Of a DNA stretch of 64,000 bases, positions 26,525 to 36,590 are shown piece by piece (the first letter of the stretch is position 1; every line of letters starts with the position of its first letter). The stretch is from Candidatus Liptonbacteria bacterium (GTDB lineage Bacteria; Patescibacteriota; Minisyncoccia; UBA6257; 2-01-FULL-56-20), in contig JACQKW010000015.1 of assembly GCA_016204385.1 (NCBI GenBank), positions 29,882 to 93,881 on the forward strand, given 5' to 3'. The position numbers were made by a program, and so were the translations under genes. The notes beneath the pieces were generated by a model that was not told where the DNA came from, searched no databases, and saw only the letters and a list, made by a program, of their open reading frames with translations.

Positions 26525-28012
26525 ATGCAGACGGAAACTCGCGCAAAAATCGCCCGTCCGCCCGTCGTGGTGGTGATGGGTCACGTTGATCACGGAAAGA
26601 CCACACTCTTGGACTACATCCGAAAAACGACAGTCGCCGCGCGGGAAGCGGGAGGGATCACGCAGGCAGTCGGGGCCTATGAAATCGAACATAGCGTCGC
26701 CCATTCGACTGACGCTCATGGCGCACCTTCGGTGCGCAAGATCACCTTCATTGATACCCCGGGACACGAGGCGTTTTCCAAGATGCGCTCCGCCGGCGCG
26801 CATATTGCAGACCTTGCAATCCTTGTCGTCGCGGCAGACGACGGGGTAAAACCGCAAACCAAGGAAGCGATTTCCATTCTTCAAGAGACAAAAACGCCCT
26901 TTATCGTCGCGCTCAATAAACTGGACAAAAAAGAAGCGGACGTGGAGCGCGCGAAGGGCGACCTCGCGGCGAACGGCGTGCTCCTTGAAGGATACGGCGG
27001 ACAAGTGAGCTACCACGCTATCTCCTCAAAAACGGGCGAGGGAGTGAGCGATCTTCTCGATCTTATACTGCTTGCGGCGGACGTCGAGCATCTCACATAC
27101 GACGCGGGCGCGTCCGCGTCCGGTTTTATCCTCGAGGCAAGGATGGACCGCAGGCGCGGAATCGAGGTTACGGGAATCTTGACCGACGGCGCGCTCCGCG
27201 AGGGAGACGCGATCGCCACCGCGTCGGCCTCCGGAAAAGTCAAAATTCTCGAGAACTTCCTGGGGAAGCGCGTCGCGGAACTCGCGCCGTCTTCCCCCGC
27301 CATCATCATCGGGTTCGCAACGCTCCCGCGCGTCGGAGAATCATTCTCTACGGGGAAAATCAATGCGGCGTCCGCTACGGGGGCAACGGCGGCAAAACCC
27401 CCGGGTGAGCCGCGCGCGGCGACCCCGCAAGACACGGGAGGAAAAAAATTCATCTTAAAAGCGAGCGATCTTGGCTCGCTTGAAGCGCTCTCGGTGATCA
27501 TGCGGAACCTTCCGTCGGAAATTCCCCCCGCGGTCTTCGCGGAATCGGTGGGGGACGTCACGGATGGAGACGTAAAAATGGCGCAGGCAACGGATGCTTC
27601 GATTATCGGGTTCAAGGTAAAAGCGACGCAACCGGCGAGAAATCTTGCGGAGGCAAACCGCGTCCCCATCATCCTCTCAAACATCATCTACGAACTCGTG
27701 AAAAAGGTTGAGGAACTGCTCGCGGGCGCCGCAATACCCGACGCGCTGGGAATGCTCGAGGTGCTCGCGGTCTTCAACAAAGAAAAACTCTCGAAACAGG
27801 TAGTCGGCGGCCGCGTGACGCATGGCTCCTTCCGCAACAAAAGCCCGTTCGAGATCGAACGTGCCGGAGTCGTAGTCGGCAAAGGCAGGGTGACGAACCT
27901 CCAGCAGGAGAAAAAGGACACCGCGAGTGTTCCCGAGGGAAAGGAGGCGGGGCTCATGGTGGAGTGCAGTATCGCCATCGAAAAGGGCGATATACTTGTC
28001 GTGAGAAAATAA
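26525..28012 (+). CDS. infB: Translation initiation factor IF-2 (short form)
   Basis: [25 protein letters not shown]. Confidence 0.96.
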   Translation: MQTETRAKIARPPVVVVMGHVDHGKTTLLDYIRKTTVAAREAGGITQAVGAYEIEHSVAHSTDAHGAPSVRKITFIDTPGHEAFSKMRSAGAHIADLAILVVAADDGVKPQTKEAISILQETKTPFIVALNKLDKKEADVERAKGDLAANGVLLEGYGGQVSYHAISSKTGEGVSDLLDLILLAADVEHLTYDAGASASGFILEARMDRRRGIEVTGILTDGALREGDAIATASASGKVKILENFLGKRVAELAPSSPAIIIGFATLPRVGESFSTGKINAASATGATAAKPPGEPRAATPQDTGGKKFILKASDLGSLEALSVIMRNLPSEIPPAVFAESVGDVTDGDVKMAQATDASIIGFKVKATQPARNLAEANRVPIILSNIIYELVKKVEELLAGAAIPDALGMLEVLAVFNKEKLSKQVVGGRVTHGSFRNKSPFEIERAGVVVGKGRVTNLQQEKKDTASVPEGKEAGLMVECSIAIEKGDILVVRK

Positions 28013-28100
28013 TTCGAATACAACGAATACCGGTACGAATGATACGAAAATATTTTCGCAGCATTCGTGATAACATTCGCAGAATTCGCATTATAATCAC

Positions 28101-28457
28101 ATGAATTACCGGCCCCTTCGCGTCGGAAAACTCATTCGCGAAGAACTTAACAAACTCATTCAGAGGGAGGTTGAAATTTCCGGCGCGCTTGCGACCATCA
28201 CCGACGTCGCGATTGACAAAAAGCTCGAACGGGCGCGGGTATATGTAAGCGTGCTCCCGATGGAAAAATCGGCGGGCGCGCTCGACCTATTCAAGAAATC
28301 AGAGGGTCGCCTGCAATACCTCCTCGGAAGAAAGCTCAACATCAAGCCGATGCCGCACATTGAATTTGTGCCCGATCGCGGCCCGGAGCATGCGGCAGAG
28401 GTTGAAAAAATTCTTATAAAAGACCAGAATAACGAGAGCGGCCACGTGGCGAAGTAG
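28101..28457 (+). CDS. rbfA: Ribosome-binding factor A
   Basis: Follows infB; RVGKLIREEL...PHIEFVPD. Confidence 0.88.
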   Translation: MNYRPLRVGKLIREELNKLIQREVEISGALATITDVAIDKKLERARVYVSVLPMEKSAGALDLFKKSEGRLQYLLGRKLNIKPMPHIEFVPDRGPEHAAEVEKILIKDQNNESGHVAK

Positions 28458-28512
28458 CTAACGCGACGGTCTGCAAAACCGTTATACATGGGTGCAATTC
28501 CCATCGTGGCCT
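28440..28512 (+). tRNA. tRNA-Cys(GCA)
   Basis: GGCCACG/CGTGGCC acceptor stem, ACGGT-CTGCAAA-ACCGT, U discriminator. Confidence 0.93.
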
Positions 28513-28607
28513 CAACGAATTTTTCTGAAAGTCACAACGCTTTCGAATTGGAAGACGCGCTATTAGGCATATTGATTTTTCGTCTACCATATGATATGAT
28601 AAGGTTG

Positions 28608-29096
28608 ATGCGAAAAAGATCGTGGACGGAAACACAATTAAAAAAAGCTGTCGAGAACTCGTTCAGCTTTCGGCAGGTTTTAGCAAAACTTAATCTCCGT
28701 GAGGCGGGTGGAAATTATGAGCAAGTAAAAAAATACATCAAGGAGTTTGAAATAGATATGAAACATTTTAAGGGCCGAGCCTGGAACGCTGGTATGCGTG
28801 GCATAGGGAAACCAATTATCCCTCTCGAAAAAATCCTGGTAAAAGACAATTACTTTCAAAGTTTTAAGCTAAAGAAAAGGTTATTTGCAGCCGGAATGAA
28901 GCCGCGTTATTGTGAAGAATGCGGCTGGGCAAAGTCTACTAACGACGGGTATCTTCCACTCGAACTTGATCATATAAACGGAGATAGACACGATAATAGA
29001 CTGGAAAATTTAAGAGTGCTTTGTCCCAATTGCCACAGCTTAAAACCAACACACCGAGGTCGAAATAGGAAAAGATTTGTCCGGGTGGCGAAATAG
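28608..29096 (+). CDS. HNH endonuclease (free-standing, between tRNAs)
   Basis: CEECG...LELDHINGDRHDNRLENLRVLCPNCH; AT-richer than flanks; start MRKRSW follows TATGAT. Confidence 0.92.
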   Translation: MRKRSWTETQLKKAVENSFSFRQVLAKLNLREAGGNYEQVKKYIKEFEIDMKHFKGRAWNAGMRGIGKPIIPLEKILVKDNYFQSFKLKKRLFAAGMKPRYCEECGWAKSTNDGYLPLELDHINGDRHDNRLENLRVLCPNCHSLKPTHRGRNRKRFVRVAK

Positions 29097-29168
29097 GTAA
29101 ACGCGCAACACTTAAAATGTTGTGGGCTCAAAAGGCTCTTGTCGGTTCGATTCCGACCCCGGGCACCA
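29079..29168 (+). tRNA. tRNA-Leu(TAA)
   Basis: CAACA-CTTAAAA-TGTTG, long variable arm, GTTCGATT, encoded CCA. Confidence 0.93.
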
Positions 29169-29259
29169 CGTAGGAAAATTGTGAGCCACACGTTGATTTC
29201 CGTCCAAATTTTTTTTAAACTTATCGCAGCACTATTAACCTTTTGAATAAGGGGGAGAT

Positions 29260-29859
29260 ATGGGCGATGGAACTGCCGTAGACATGCTCCGGGACATGGG
29301 GATGCTCCATACAGGAGGTCATTTCAGCTTGCCCGTTTCTGGGAGACATGGCACGACCCGCATCAATAAGGAGGTCATTCACCGGAACAGAATTGCGATG
29401 TTCTCGCTTGCGCGGATGATCGCAAAAGAATTCATCGCCGCGGAACCCGAAGGCGTGATCGGACCGATGAACATCGGAAAACTCATCGCTGACTGGGTGA
29501 CAGACAACCTGATACTCATGACTGGCAAGTCCGTGGAGAGCCTTGCGGCAATCAAAAAGAGCGGCGGCAGGGCATTTTCCCTCGACGAGCCGACGCGGAA
29601 ACTCGTGCACAAACGGCGGCTGCTCCTCGTGGACGACATCGTGAACACCGGGGAATCCGCGAGACGCACGATTGACGCGATCCTCGAATATGGCGGGAAT
29701 ATTGTGGGTTTCGGCGTCCTTTTTAACCACTGCGTGTGGAATTCTGCGCATCTCGCTGACGTGCCGAAGTTCGTTGCGCTTGCGCATGTCGAGCTTGATT
29801 CCTGGGCCCCGCCTGCATGCCCATCCTGCGCAGATGGCGTCCCCCTCAAAGAGCTCTAA
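29260..29859 (+). CDS. Type I phosphoribosyltransferase (orotate PRT-like)
   Basis: GGHFSLPVSGRH, LLVDDIVNTGES PRPP loop, C-terminal CPSC. Confidence 0.8.
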   Translation: MGDGTAVDMLRDMGMLHTGGHFSLPVSGRHGTTRINKEVIHRNRIAMFSLARMIAKEFIAAEPEGVIGPMNIGKLIADWVTDNLILMTGKSVESLAAIKKSGGRAFSLDEPTRKLVHKRRLLLVDDIVNTGESARRTIDAILEYGGNIVGFGVLFNHCVWNSAHLADVPKFVALAHVELDSWAPPACPSCADGVPLKEL

Positions 29860-29932
29860 GAGTCGGGAATCGAGTACCCTCGATTCTTTACGCACCGCCC
29901 GCGCGCGGTGCTTTTTTTTCACGAATCAAGAT

Positions 29933-31078
29933 TTACCCAAACGTGAACGTATACGCCCGAACCCCCGGCGAAAGAATTTCAAATTCAACGGTGTGCTCTT
30001 CGTACACATCGTCTTCTATCACGCGGTAGAGCGTCTCATCTTGTACGGTAAGGTACGTTTCTCCTCCTTCTCGCTTCACGTCCGCTCCGGCTTCCACGCC
30101 GAGCGGCTTCCCATCCCGAAATATCTTTATCTTGATGGGTGTTTCCGCTCCCGCGACAAAATAGAGATCCTTCCCTTCGTAGCGAAAAATGATTTTTGCG
30201 CCGGGTTCCCTGTTCTCCGCAAATTCATCGCGGACATCCCATGATCCCGCGAGATACAGGATATTCTTCTCTGCGGTCTCCGGGGCCGAAAAACTCTGAA
30301 TTCCCCTCGTTCCCGCCGCGCCGTTTCCCAATGATGCATTCCTCGCCGCGCCGAAATAAATCTCGGGGCTCCGCGGCCTCGTAAAGTCGGTTTCGATCGT
30401 GCCTGTCGGCCTTGCGGTGTCCTTCGCGATTTCCCCCGCGAGATTCAAACGCGCTGTCCGCTCTTCGAGAAGCTCCTGAATTTTCCGCTCGGTCTCGTCG
30501 TACGCTCCTTCGCCGATGTGGTCGTAGACAATATAGCCGTCAATATCAATCAAGTACTTCCGGGGCCAGAAGCGGTTACCGTAGGCAGTCCACGTGGCGT
30601 ATTCGTTGTCCAAGACCACCGGATACCGGATGCCGGCCTTTTCCACGGCCGCTTTCACATTTTCGTATTTTTCTTCAAACGGAAACTCCGGAGTGTGGAC
30701 GCCGACGATCTCAAGTCCTTTACCTTTATATTTCTCATACCACGCATTCAGGTACGGCGTGGTGCGCTGGCAGTTGATGCAGCTGAACGTCCAAAAATCA
30801 ACGAGGATGACTTTCTTGCCGATGAGTTCGCCGATCGTAATCGGCGCGCTCGCTCGCCCCGAAGCACTTGAAGAGGCCGAGTCCGCAAGAGGAGTGTTGA
30901 TGTACCCCGCAGGGCGCACTATCTCTTTGGCGCGCGGGAGCTGTTTTTCCACCGCCGCGGAAGGAATTTCTTTCGAGCCGACATTCGCCGCGCGATCCGG
31001 TTTTAAAGATTCGAGATAGAAAATAGCCCCCGCGGTCGCCGCGAGTACAAGCACAAGGACTATCGACTTGGCTGTCAT
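29933..31078 (-). CDS. Membrane-anchored redoxin (DipZ-like thioredoxin + C-terminal domain)
   Basis: VDFWTFSCINC, GVHTPEF, NRFWPRKYLID; start MTAKS overlaps the ccdA stop. Confidence 0.88.
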   Translation of the reverse strand: MTAKSIVLVLVLAATAGAIFYLESLKPDRAANVGSKEIPSAAVEKQLPRAKEIVRPAGYINTPLADSASSSASGRASAPITIGELIGKKVILVDFWTFSCINCQRTTPYLNAWYEKYKGKGLEIVGVHTPEFPFEEKYENVKAAVEKAGIRYPVVLDNEYATWTAYGNRFWPRKYLIDIDGYIVYDHIGEGAYDETERKIQELLEERTARLNLAGEIAKDTARPTGTIETDFTRPRSPEIYFGAARNASLGNGAAGTRGIQSFSAPETAEKNILYLAGSWDVRDEFAENREPGAKIIFRYEGKDLYFVAGAETPIKIKIFRDGKPLGVEAGADVKREGGETYLTVQDETLYRVIEDDVYEEHTVEFEILSPGVRAYTFTFG

Positions 31079-31878
31079 GCGGGAGATTCTGCTTTTTTGA
31101 CCGCAGTCGAGGCAAGGTATGAAAGAAACCCCGGCACAAGCGGCAGGATGCAAGGGCTCAAGAACGATCCGAGTCCGGCAACAAACGCGATGCCCACATT
31201 TATGAAATTGAGCGACATGATCCCGCCGCCCACGCTCGTCGTGAGTCCCAGGCGACCCAAGAAATCCGCAACGACTTGGAGATTGGCGATACGGTTCAGC
31301 TGTCCGGCAAATACGAGCACTCCCAAGACGAGGAGCAGGAAACCGAAAACATATTGGACAGATTGGAGCCACTTCGCGGCGCGGGTTATGAACCGCTGTG
31401 CTTGGTTCGTAAAGAGGCCGACCACAAGGAACGGGATGCCGATCCCGAGCGTGTATGCCATAAGAAGCAAAAACGCGCTTCCCGCGTTCGTCGAGGCAAG
31501 CGCGAGGATTGCGCCCAAGGCGGCGGAGACGCATGGCGTCCAGCCCACCGCGAACGCGGCGCCGAAGGCGAACGAGGTGAGATAGTGGGACTTGAACCGC
31601 CGCACTTTGAATGTATGCTCGCGCTCAAGGAATGGGATCTTGAGGAGCCGGAGGAGATAGAGCCCAAAGACGATGATCACGACTCCCCCGATCCGCCCAA
31701 ACCATATTTGCGCGTCGTAGGCGACGTTCGAGAGGATGGTCTGAAGCAGGACACCCACGAGCGAAAAGACGACGGAGAATCCGAGCACGAAGAAAACGCT
31801 TGAGAAAAAAATCTCCCAGTTTCGCGGTTGCATGGCTCTCGGAGCGTTATTCATAACGCTAATCGGCGAATCTCCCAT
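31075..31878 (-). CDS. CcdA/DsbD transmembrane electron transporter
   Basis: FAVGWTPC and SFLSPCILPLVP motifs, multi-TM. Confidence 0.85.
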   Translation of the reverse strand: MGDSPISVMNNAPRAMQPRNWEIFFSSVFFVLGFSVVFSLVGVLLQTILSNVAYDAQIWFGRIGGVVIIVFGLYLLRLLKIPFLEREHTFKVRRFKSHYLTSFAFGAAFAVGWTPCVSAALGAILALASTNAGSAFLLLMAYTLGIGIPFLVVGLFTNQAQRFITRAAKWLQSVQYVFGFLLLVLGVLVFAGQLNRIANLQVVADFLGRLGLTTSVGGGIMSLNFINVGIAFVAGLGSFLSPCILPLVPGFLSYLASTAVKKAESPA

Positions 31879-31924
31879 TGATCTCGGCAGTGGAACTGCA
31901 AATGGCTAAGTTCTATTCGCGTGT

Positions 31925-32788
31925 CTATTCCACAACGAGCTTTCCCACCATCCCTAAAGCGCGGTGGGTGCCCACGCTGCAATAGTATTCAAACGTTCCG
32001 GCTTTGTCGGCCACAAATTCAACCGAGGATTTCCCGCCGGTATTCACTTGTGCGGTTTTTGCGCTGAACCCGTCCACCGTCCAGTCGTGGAAACCCTCCG
32101 TGCTCTGAAAATCAATTTTCACCTTGTCGCCTTTCTTGACCCGAATTTCGGTTTGCGAGAAGGCAAAATTCCTGCCGGTAAGCGAGAATATTTTTACTCC
32201 ACTCATCATCGCGCCTGCTTTTTCCATCATTGCATCACCTTCCTTCTCCGTCATCATTCCTTCTCCATCTGGAAACACCATCCGTTCCTTCGCTCCGATG
32301 AGTTCCGGGGTGATGTCCCCGCACGCGACGTAGACGCCCGCCTCTGCCGCAGATTTATGCACGTTAACTGCGAGCGGCAGTTCTTCCGTAAGGTGTGAGG
32401 GTGGGATGTTCAAGGCGGTATCTGATTTTCCGTCCACTACTGGCGTAAGCGGGTGATCCACGCCTCCCAAATTCGCGCACGTGCCCGTGTGGATATGCGC
32501 GGGCTGGGGCACGCCTGCCGGGGCGCCCGTAAGAGAGATCATCACTTTTAATTTACCGTTTTCTTCGAGAAGTAAGGCCGTTCCCGACTCGCCAGAATTA
32601 TTCTGTTCGTGCAAGACGACCGGCGCGGGCACGGCCCTACTTGTTCCGGGCATCTCGCCGTGGGGTCCCTCCACTATGTCCGCGGGTTGCCGGCTCGCAA
32701 AAAGCACAATACCCACGACGATAACGAGCGCAACGATGCCGATAATCGCCGGCATTCCGATCCCTTTCCACATTAAATTTTTCTCCAT
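31925..32788 (-). CDS. Secreted CHRD-like + cupredoxin domain protein
   Basis: QPAHIHTGTC, VNVHKS, C-terminal YYCSVGTHRALGMVG copper motif. Confidence 0.8.
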   Translation of the reverse strand: MEKNLMWKGIGMPAIIGIVALVIVVGIVLFASRQPADIVEGPHGEMPGTSRAVPAPVVLHEQNNSGESGTALLLEENGKLKVMISLTGAPAGVPQPAHIHTGTCANLGGVDHPLTPVVDGKSDTALNIPPSHLTEELPLAVNVHKSAAEAGVYVACGDITPELIGAKERMVFPDGEGMMTEKEGDAMMEKAGAMMSGVKIFSLTGRNFAFSQTEIRVKKGDKVKIDFQSTEGFHDWTVDGFSAKTAQVNTGGKSSVEFVADKAGTFEYYCSVGTHRALGMVGKLVVE

Positions 32789-32933
32789 GAGAACAGCTAA
32801 AATAAGTGTTTATTCGACTATATGTATAGATAGTATAAGCCGCTCGCCGACGGGCGCAAGTGGGGGTTCTAAATTTAGTATAATAAAGATAGCTCGCCGA
32901 CAAACCCGGGATTCGCCGCGTAGAGGAGTGCGC

Positions 32934-33146
32934 ATGAAGACATATCTCGAAGTTCGGATGAACGGGACCTCCGCCACGTTCGAAATCGTCCCGACTCAGT
33001 GCCGATGGGTGGAAATATTCCGCCCCATGGAAAACGGCGTCTCCGTAAGCGTTCACTCATGCCCGGACTTATACGCCGCACGGCTCTTTCTCACCGTCCA
33101 GATGCATGGCGTGATCACGCGGGAGTGGAGCGTCCGGAACGACTGA
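32934..33146 (+). CDS. 70-aa hypothetical protein
   Basis: TATAAT upstream, AGGAG SD, terminator at 33147-33178. Confidence 0.5.
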   Translation: MKTYLEVRMNGTSATFEIVPTQCRWVEIFRPMENGVSVSVHSCPDLYAARLFLTVQMHGVITREWSVRND

Positions 33147-33228
33147 GACCCTCGGTTGCGTTCATCCGAGGGTCTTTTGCTTAAGAAGGCACATAAAAAA
33201 TTATTCCTAAGCTTTTTCATGCATCAAC

Positions 33229-33633
33229 TCACTGCCAAAGCACTACGATGAGAGACATAATGGAGAACGAAATCAATTGATACACCGCGTTGAACGCAAA
33301 AAGTTTGAACGGTTTCCCTTCCCATAGGAACGAACCCATGAGCGTGGTCGCGACAAAGCCGAGCCACACCAAGAACGCGAGGGAAAGCGCGCCGGACGCG
33401 CCTTGTACACCCAAGGCGGCGGCGAAATACGCAAGCACGTACGCGACGATAATTGCGGTCACGAATCCGAGTCCCATCGCCTGCGCGGGCGTGAGCTTCA
33501 TCATCTTCATGCTCTCTTTCGTGAACCCCATCATCGCCATCCACTGCTTCCCGAAAAGCGGCCCGTACCAGATCGCGCCAAACGCGAACGCCGCAACCGC
33601 CGCCACGAACACTGAAATGTAGTTAATGGTCAT
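33229..33633 (-). CDS. DUF1761 membrane protein
   Basis: GAIWYGPLFGKQW motif, 4 TM. Confidence 0.8.
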   Translation of the reverse strand: MTINYISVFVAAVAAFAFGAIWYGPLFGKQWMAMMGFTKESMKMMKLTPAQAMGLGFVTAIIVAYVLAYFAAALGVQGASGALSLAFLVWLGFVATTLMGSFLWEGKPFKLFAFNAVYQLISFSIMSLIVVLWQ

Positions 33634-33760
33634 ATTGATATGGATAAATTTATTTTCGACCTTATAGACTTTGCACTTATTATAGCAAACCGAGGTAAAA
33701 AAAGCCCGCCAGAGGTCTTGCGACGTAACGGGGAGCAGTAGGTCTGCTCAGTCCTGCTGC

Positions 33761-34285
33761 TCAGACCACCCGGATGAGCGGGCAGAGGCGTTGCTTGATC
33801 GCGCGAACATACTCACTGATGACGGCGAAGAATCCGCCGACATGCTGACCAGCCCGTGAATATGACGCGTGGTAGGCGATGTCGAAGATCAGACCAATCG
33901 TGTGATCAAAGACCCATTCGCCGAAAACCGATCCACGTCCGGTGATCCTCGAAAGAACGCGTTCCTTTTCCTCCCGCCTCTCAGCCACGCTCCGGCTTCT
34001 CTGCATGGTGATGTAGCCAACAACGGCGAACCCGGCTCCGAGTAGGAAGTAACTGATCGCTATCTTCCATAAGCCCAGTGCAGCAGAAAACACTGCACCG
34101 ACCACGTAGAAGAACGCGCTGCGCGGAATGAAGCGGTAGGCCTTCTTGAACTGCAGGAAGGCCACTGGGAAAAGAAGGGTTCCCCAGAAAAGCTTACAGA
34201 TGTTGAGCTTCTCCGGGTTTACCCCCCAGACCCATTGGAAAAAACGCAGGAATAGCGAACTTCTCGAGATTGTCAATGTGCGCAT
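33761..34285 (-). CDS. Hypothetical membrane protein
   Basis: Own promoter near 34352-34380 and AAGGAGG SD. Confidence 0.6.
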   Translation of the reverse strand: MRTLTISRSSLFLRFFQWVWGVNPEKLNICKLFWGTLLFPVAFLQFKKAYRFIPRSAFFYVVGAVFSAALGLWKIAISYFLLGAGFAVVGYITMQRSRSVAERREEKERVLSRITGRGSVFGEWVFDHTIGLIFDIAYHASYSRAGQHVGGFFAVISEYVRAIKQRLCPLIRVV

Positions 34286-34584
34286 GGCACTCCTCCTTCA
34301 TTTCGTTCGGTTTAGTCCAGATTCTGTAAAATCAGAGTTCCGTGCGGTGCAATAATAGCATGCTGGCTATAAAAAGTCAATAGCGCGTAATGGTTCGAAA
34401 GCTTGGAACCGCCCCTGCCGTGGTTCAGGTTATATGGATGGCATTTCGTCAAATCTCCATTTGCCACGCCTTTTTCTTTTCAAGCGGGACAAATTCGCGC
34501 AAAAAAGAAACTCCCCAGCGAGACAGTGCCCGCTGGGGAACGAATAGGGGTTGCTGTGGTCCCGAAGGAAGGACTGGGGGTAAT

Positions 34585-34887
34585 TCACGTGAGAAGCGCT
34601 TCCGCCACTTCCCGAAGAGCTGACTCGATCTTCTCCTGATTTGATTCCGCGGCAGAAGGGAGGTTGATGTCAATCTCCACTTCGTTCTCCTTCACGATCA
34701 GCTTTCCCAAAGCCGGAAAGTTCGTGACCGAAAAGGCGCAGATGCCGATGTTGTCATCCCATTTCTCACGCAGATCGCTCATCTCTCCGGCAAGCCGCAC
34801 CTTCACCTCCCCGAGAAGGAGCCGAGCTTGCCGCAGGGCCTCATCGCGCGGGAGAGTATGCGGCACGGCCACAGAGAGTTTAATCAT
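34585..34887 (-). CDS. Polyhydroxyalkanoic-acid-system-like small protein
   Basis: VPHTLPRDEA...W pattern. Confidence 0.6.
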   Translation of the reverse strand: MIKLSVAVPHTLPRDEALRQARLLLGEVKVRLAGEMSDLREKWDDNIGICAFSVTNFPALGKLIVKENEVEIDINLPSAAESNQEKIESALREVAEALLT

Positions 34888-35006
34888 GCGCCCCTCCATT
34901 CTATTGAATTGTTAGCGTGCTATGCAGTGCTGAATTGTATATTCAAAATACTCATTTTGTCAAAGATTGAATTGCTAAATGCTTTATCGCGGGCGCGTGT
35001 TTTGAA

Positions 35007-35324
35007 CTACCACAAGAATGGAAGGTGGCGCAAGAGCGACGCGCACGCGGTTGCGGCGTAGATACCGTAATTTACATAGTCGCTCCCTCGCACGCTCAAA
35101 TCCACGGAAAAAAATCGCCGGGCGGCATACTGGAGAAAATTCTCGTCCGCCGCAAGCGTCCCGTGGTAGCGCTTCATTCTGGTAAGGATACAATCCCCAA
35201 ACACGCGCAAATGGAGCTTGTGGAGCACGATGAGCGCAAGCACAAGCGGCAAAGGCAAAAAGAAACCGCTTACGATTGCGGCCGCAATGACAAACACGTG
35301 AAGCCAGAAGAGAAACTCCCCCAT
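35007..35324 (-). CDS. Small membrane protein
   Basis: Hydrophobic, FGDCILT motif, co-oriented with the DM13 genes. Confidence 0.6.
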   Translation of the reverse strand: MGEFLFWLHVFVIAAAIVSGFFLPLPLVLALIVLHKLHLRVFGDCILTRMKRYHGTLAADENFLQYAARRFFSVDLSVRGSDYVNYGIYAATACASLLRHLPFLW

Positions 35325-35327
35325 CGC

Positions 35328-35840
35328 CTAAGAGAGCGGCGCGAAGGAGAAGAGCGTGGAAAACTGCTTGCACCAGATGACTACGGATTTGTAGTTCCCG
35401 AGCGCCGCGATCGGTTTCTTCACCACATACGTTTGTCCGCCTTTGTTTCCTTTAATGAGCTCGAGTCGCAACACATCGCCCAAACCTTCCTTTTTTATAT
35501 TTTGATTCGGCGAGAGATAGATCCATAAATCGGGGCCTTGGGTGATTCTTGTGTCGTCACCGAAGAGCACCAAGCTCTCGTTTCGCTCATCGCCCAGCTT
35601 ATTCGGGAGAACGTATACGGTGCCGACTCCGTTGTGTATGGGACCAATTCTCACAAAATGCCCGGTTCTTCCTCCTGCGGCTTTGAATTGCGCTTGGTTC
35701 CCGTGAATCCACTTAAGAATTTTTTCTTCCTTCTCGGCGAACGTCACGCGCTTCCCAAAAATGATGTCGTGAAGAGAGCGCTCCCGAAAGAGCATAATGA
35801 CCTCCTTGATGAATTTTGGAGAGAGCGAAAAGCGCGCCAT
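35328..35840 (-). CDS. DM13 domain protein
   Basis: GPDLWIYLS, KGNKGGQTY, VVIWCKQFSTLF. Confidence 0.82.
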   Translation of the reverse strand: MARFSLSPKFIKEVIMLFRERSLHDIIFGKRVTFAEKEEKILKWIHGNQAQFKAAGGRTGHFVRIGPIHNGVGTVYVLPNKLGDERNESLVLFGDDTRITQGPDLWIYLSPNQNIKKEGLGDVLRLELIKGNKGGQTYVVKKPIAALGNYKSVVIWCKQFSTLFSFAPLS

Positions 35841-35855
35841 GCGAAAAGAATTGGT

Positions 35856-36425
35856 TTATGCGGGTTTGAGTTCCGCGTAGCTAAAAAGGACGCTGAACGG
35901 CTTGCACCACACAAGCACGTAACGATATTTTCCGGTATCGGTGTCTGCGGGAAGCGCATAGTTCACGTTCCCTTTCGTCGCTTTAATCTGGCCGAGGTCT
36001 ATAAAATCATCCGCGCCCAAATCCGCGGAGAGGTAAATATGGAGCCGCGGTCCGTTGTCGGTGAGGAAATCCTCAAACCGCACGATCTCTCCGCCGCCGT
36101 CTCGAATGAGCAGGGCGCGTCCCGCGACGCTGTGAAACCGCCGCATAAAATCACCTTGGGCCACGAGCTCGACGCCCGGGGGCATCTTCTCCATTTTCTC
36201 CATCACCACATCCTGCGCGGCCGCGACCGCATCCATAAATTCCTTCATTTTCGCCTCACTCATCGTATCAAGCGCATCTTTGATGTGAACGGCCTCCGGA
36301 ACCGAGGGCGCGGGCGTGCCAAGCGGCGACGGCTCGTCGAGTTCGCCTCCGCTATTGAGGATAAAAATCACATAGGCGCCGATGCCGAGCGCGATAATAA
36401 TTCCAAAAATAATGAGTTTCTTCAT
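35856..36425 (-). CDS. DM13 domain protein, membrane anchored
   Basis: NGPRLHIYLS, KATKGNVNY, VLVWCKPFSVLF. Confidence 0.85.
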   Translation of the reverse strand: MKKLIIFGIIIALGIGAYVIFILNSGGELDEPSPLGTPAPSVPEAVHIKDALDTMSEAKMKEFMDAVAAAQDVVMEKMEKMPPGVELVAQGDFMRRFHSVAGRALLIRDGGGEIVRFEDFLTDNGPRLHIYLSADLGADDFIDLGQIKATKGNVNYALPADTDTGKYRYVLVWCKPFSVLFSYAELKPA

Positions 36426-36590
36426 ATGGGTGTGTTTCCTCTAAAGTATAGGCGGGGATGCCGAAAACTGCAATACGGATGGAATGCTTCTCAATACGCC
36501 GAATAGAATACCATAATCTTATTTCGCATTCGTATCCGGCTGGTGCACGCCAAAGGTATTGCCTTCGGTGTCGAGGAAGTATCCTATGAT

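Noticed and set aside
28488..28607. Upstream extensions of HNH (also of peptidase E to 45803 and pyrH to 46966)
   Set aside because: They run through tRNAs or neighbouring genes; downstream starts fit family N-termini
31079..31534. N-terminal 152 aa of the 533-aa ORF (apparent DipZ fusion or frameshift)
   Set aside because: Overlaps ccdA in another frame and looks non-coding; an ATGA-coupled start at 31078 gives a clean signal anchor
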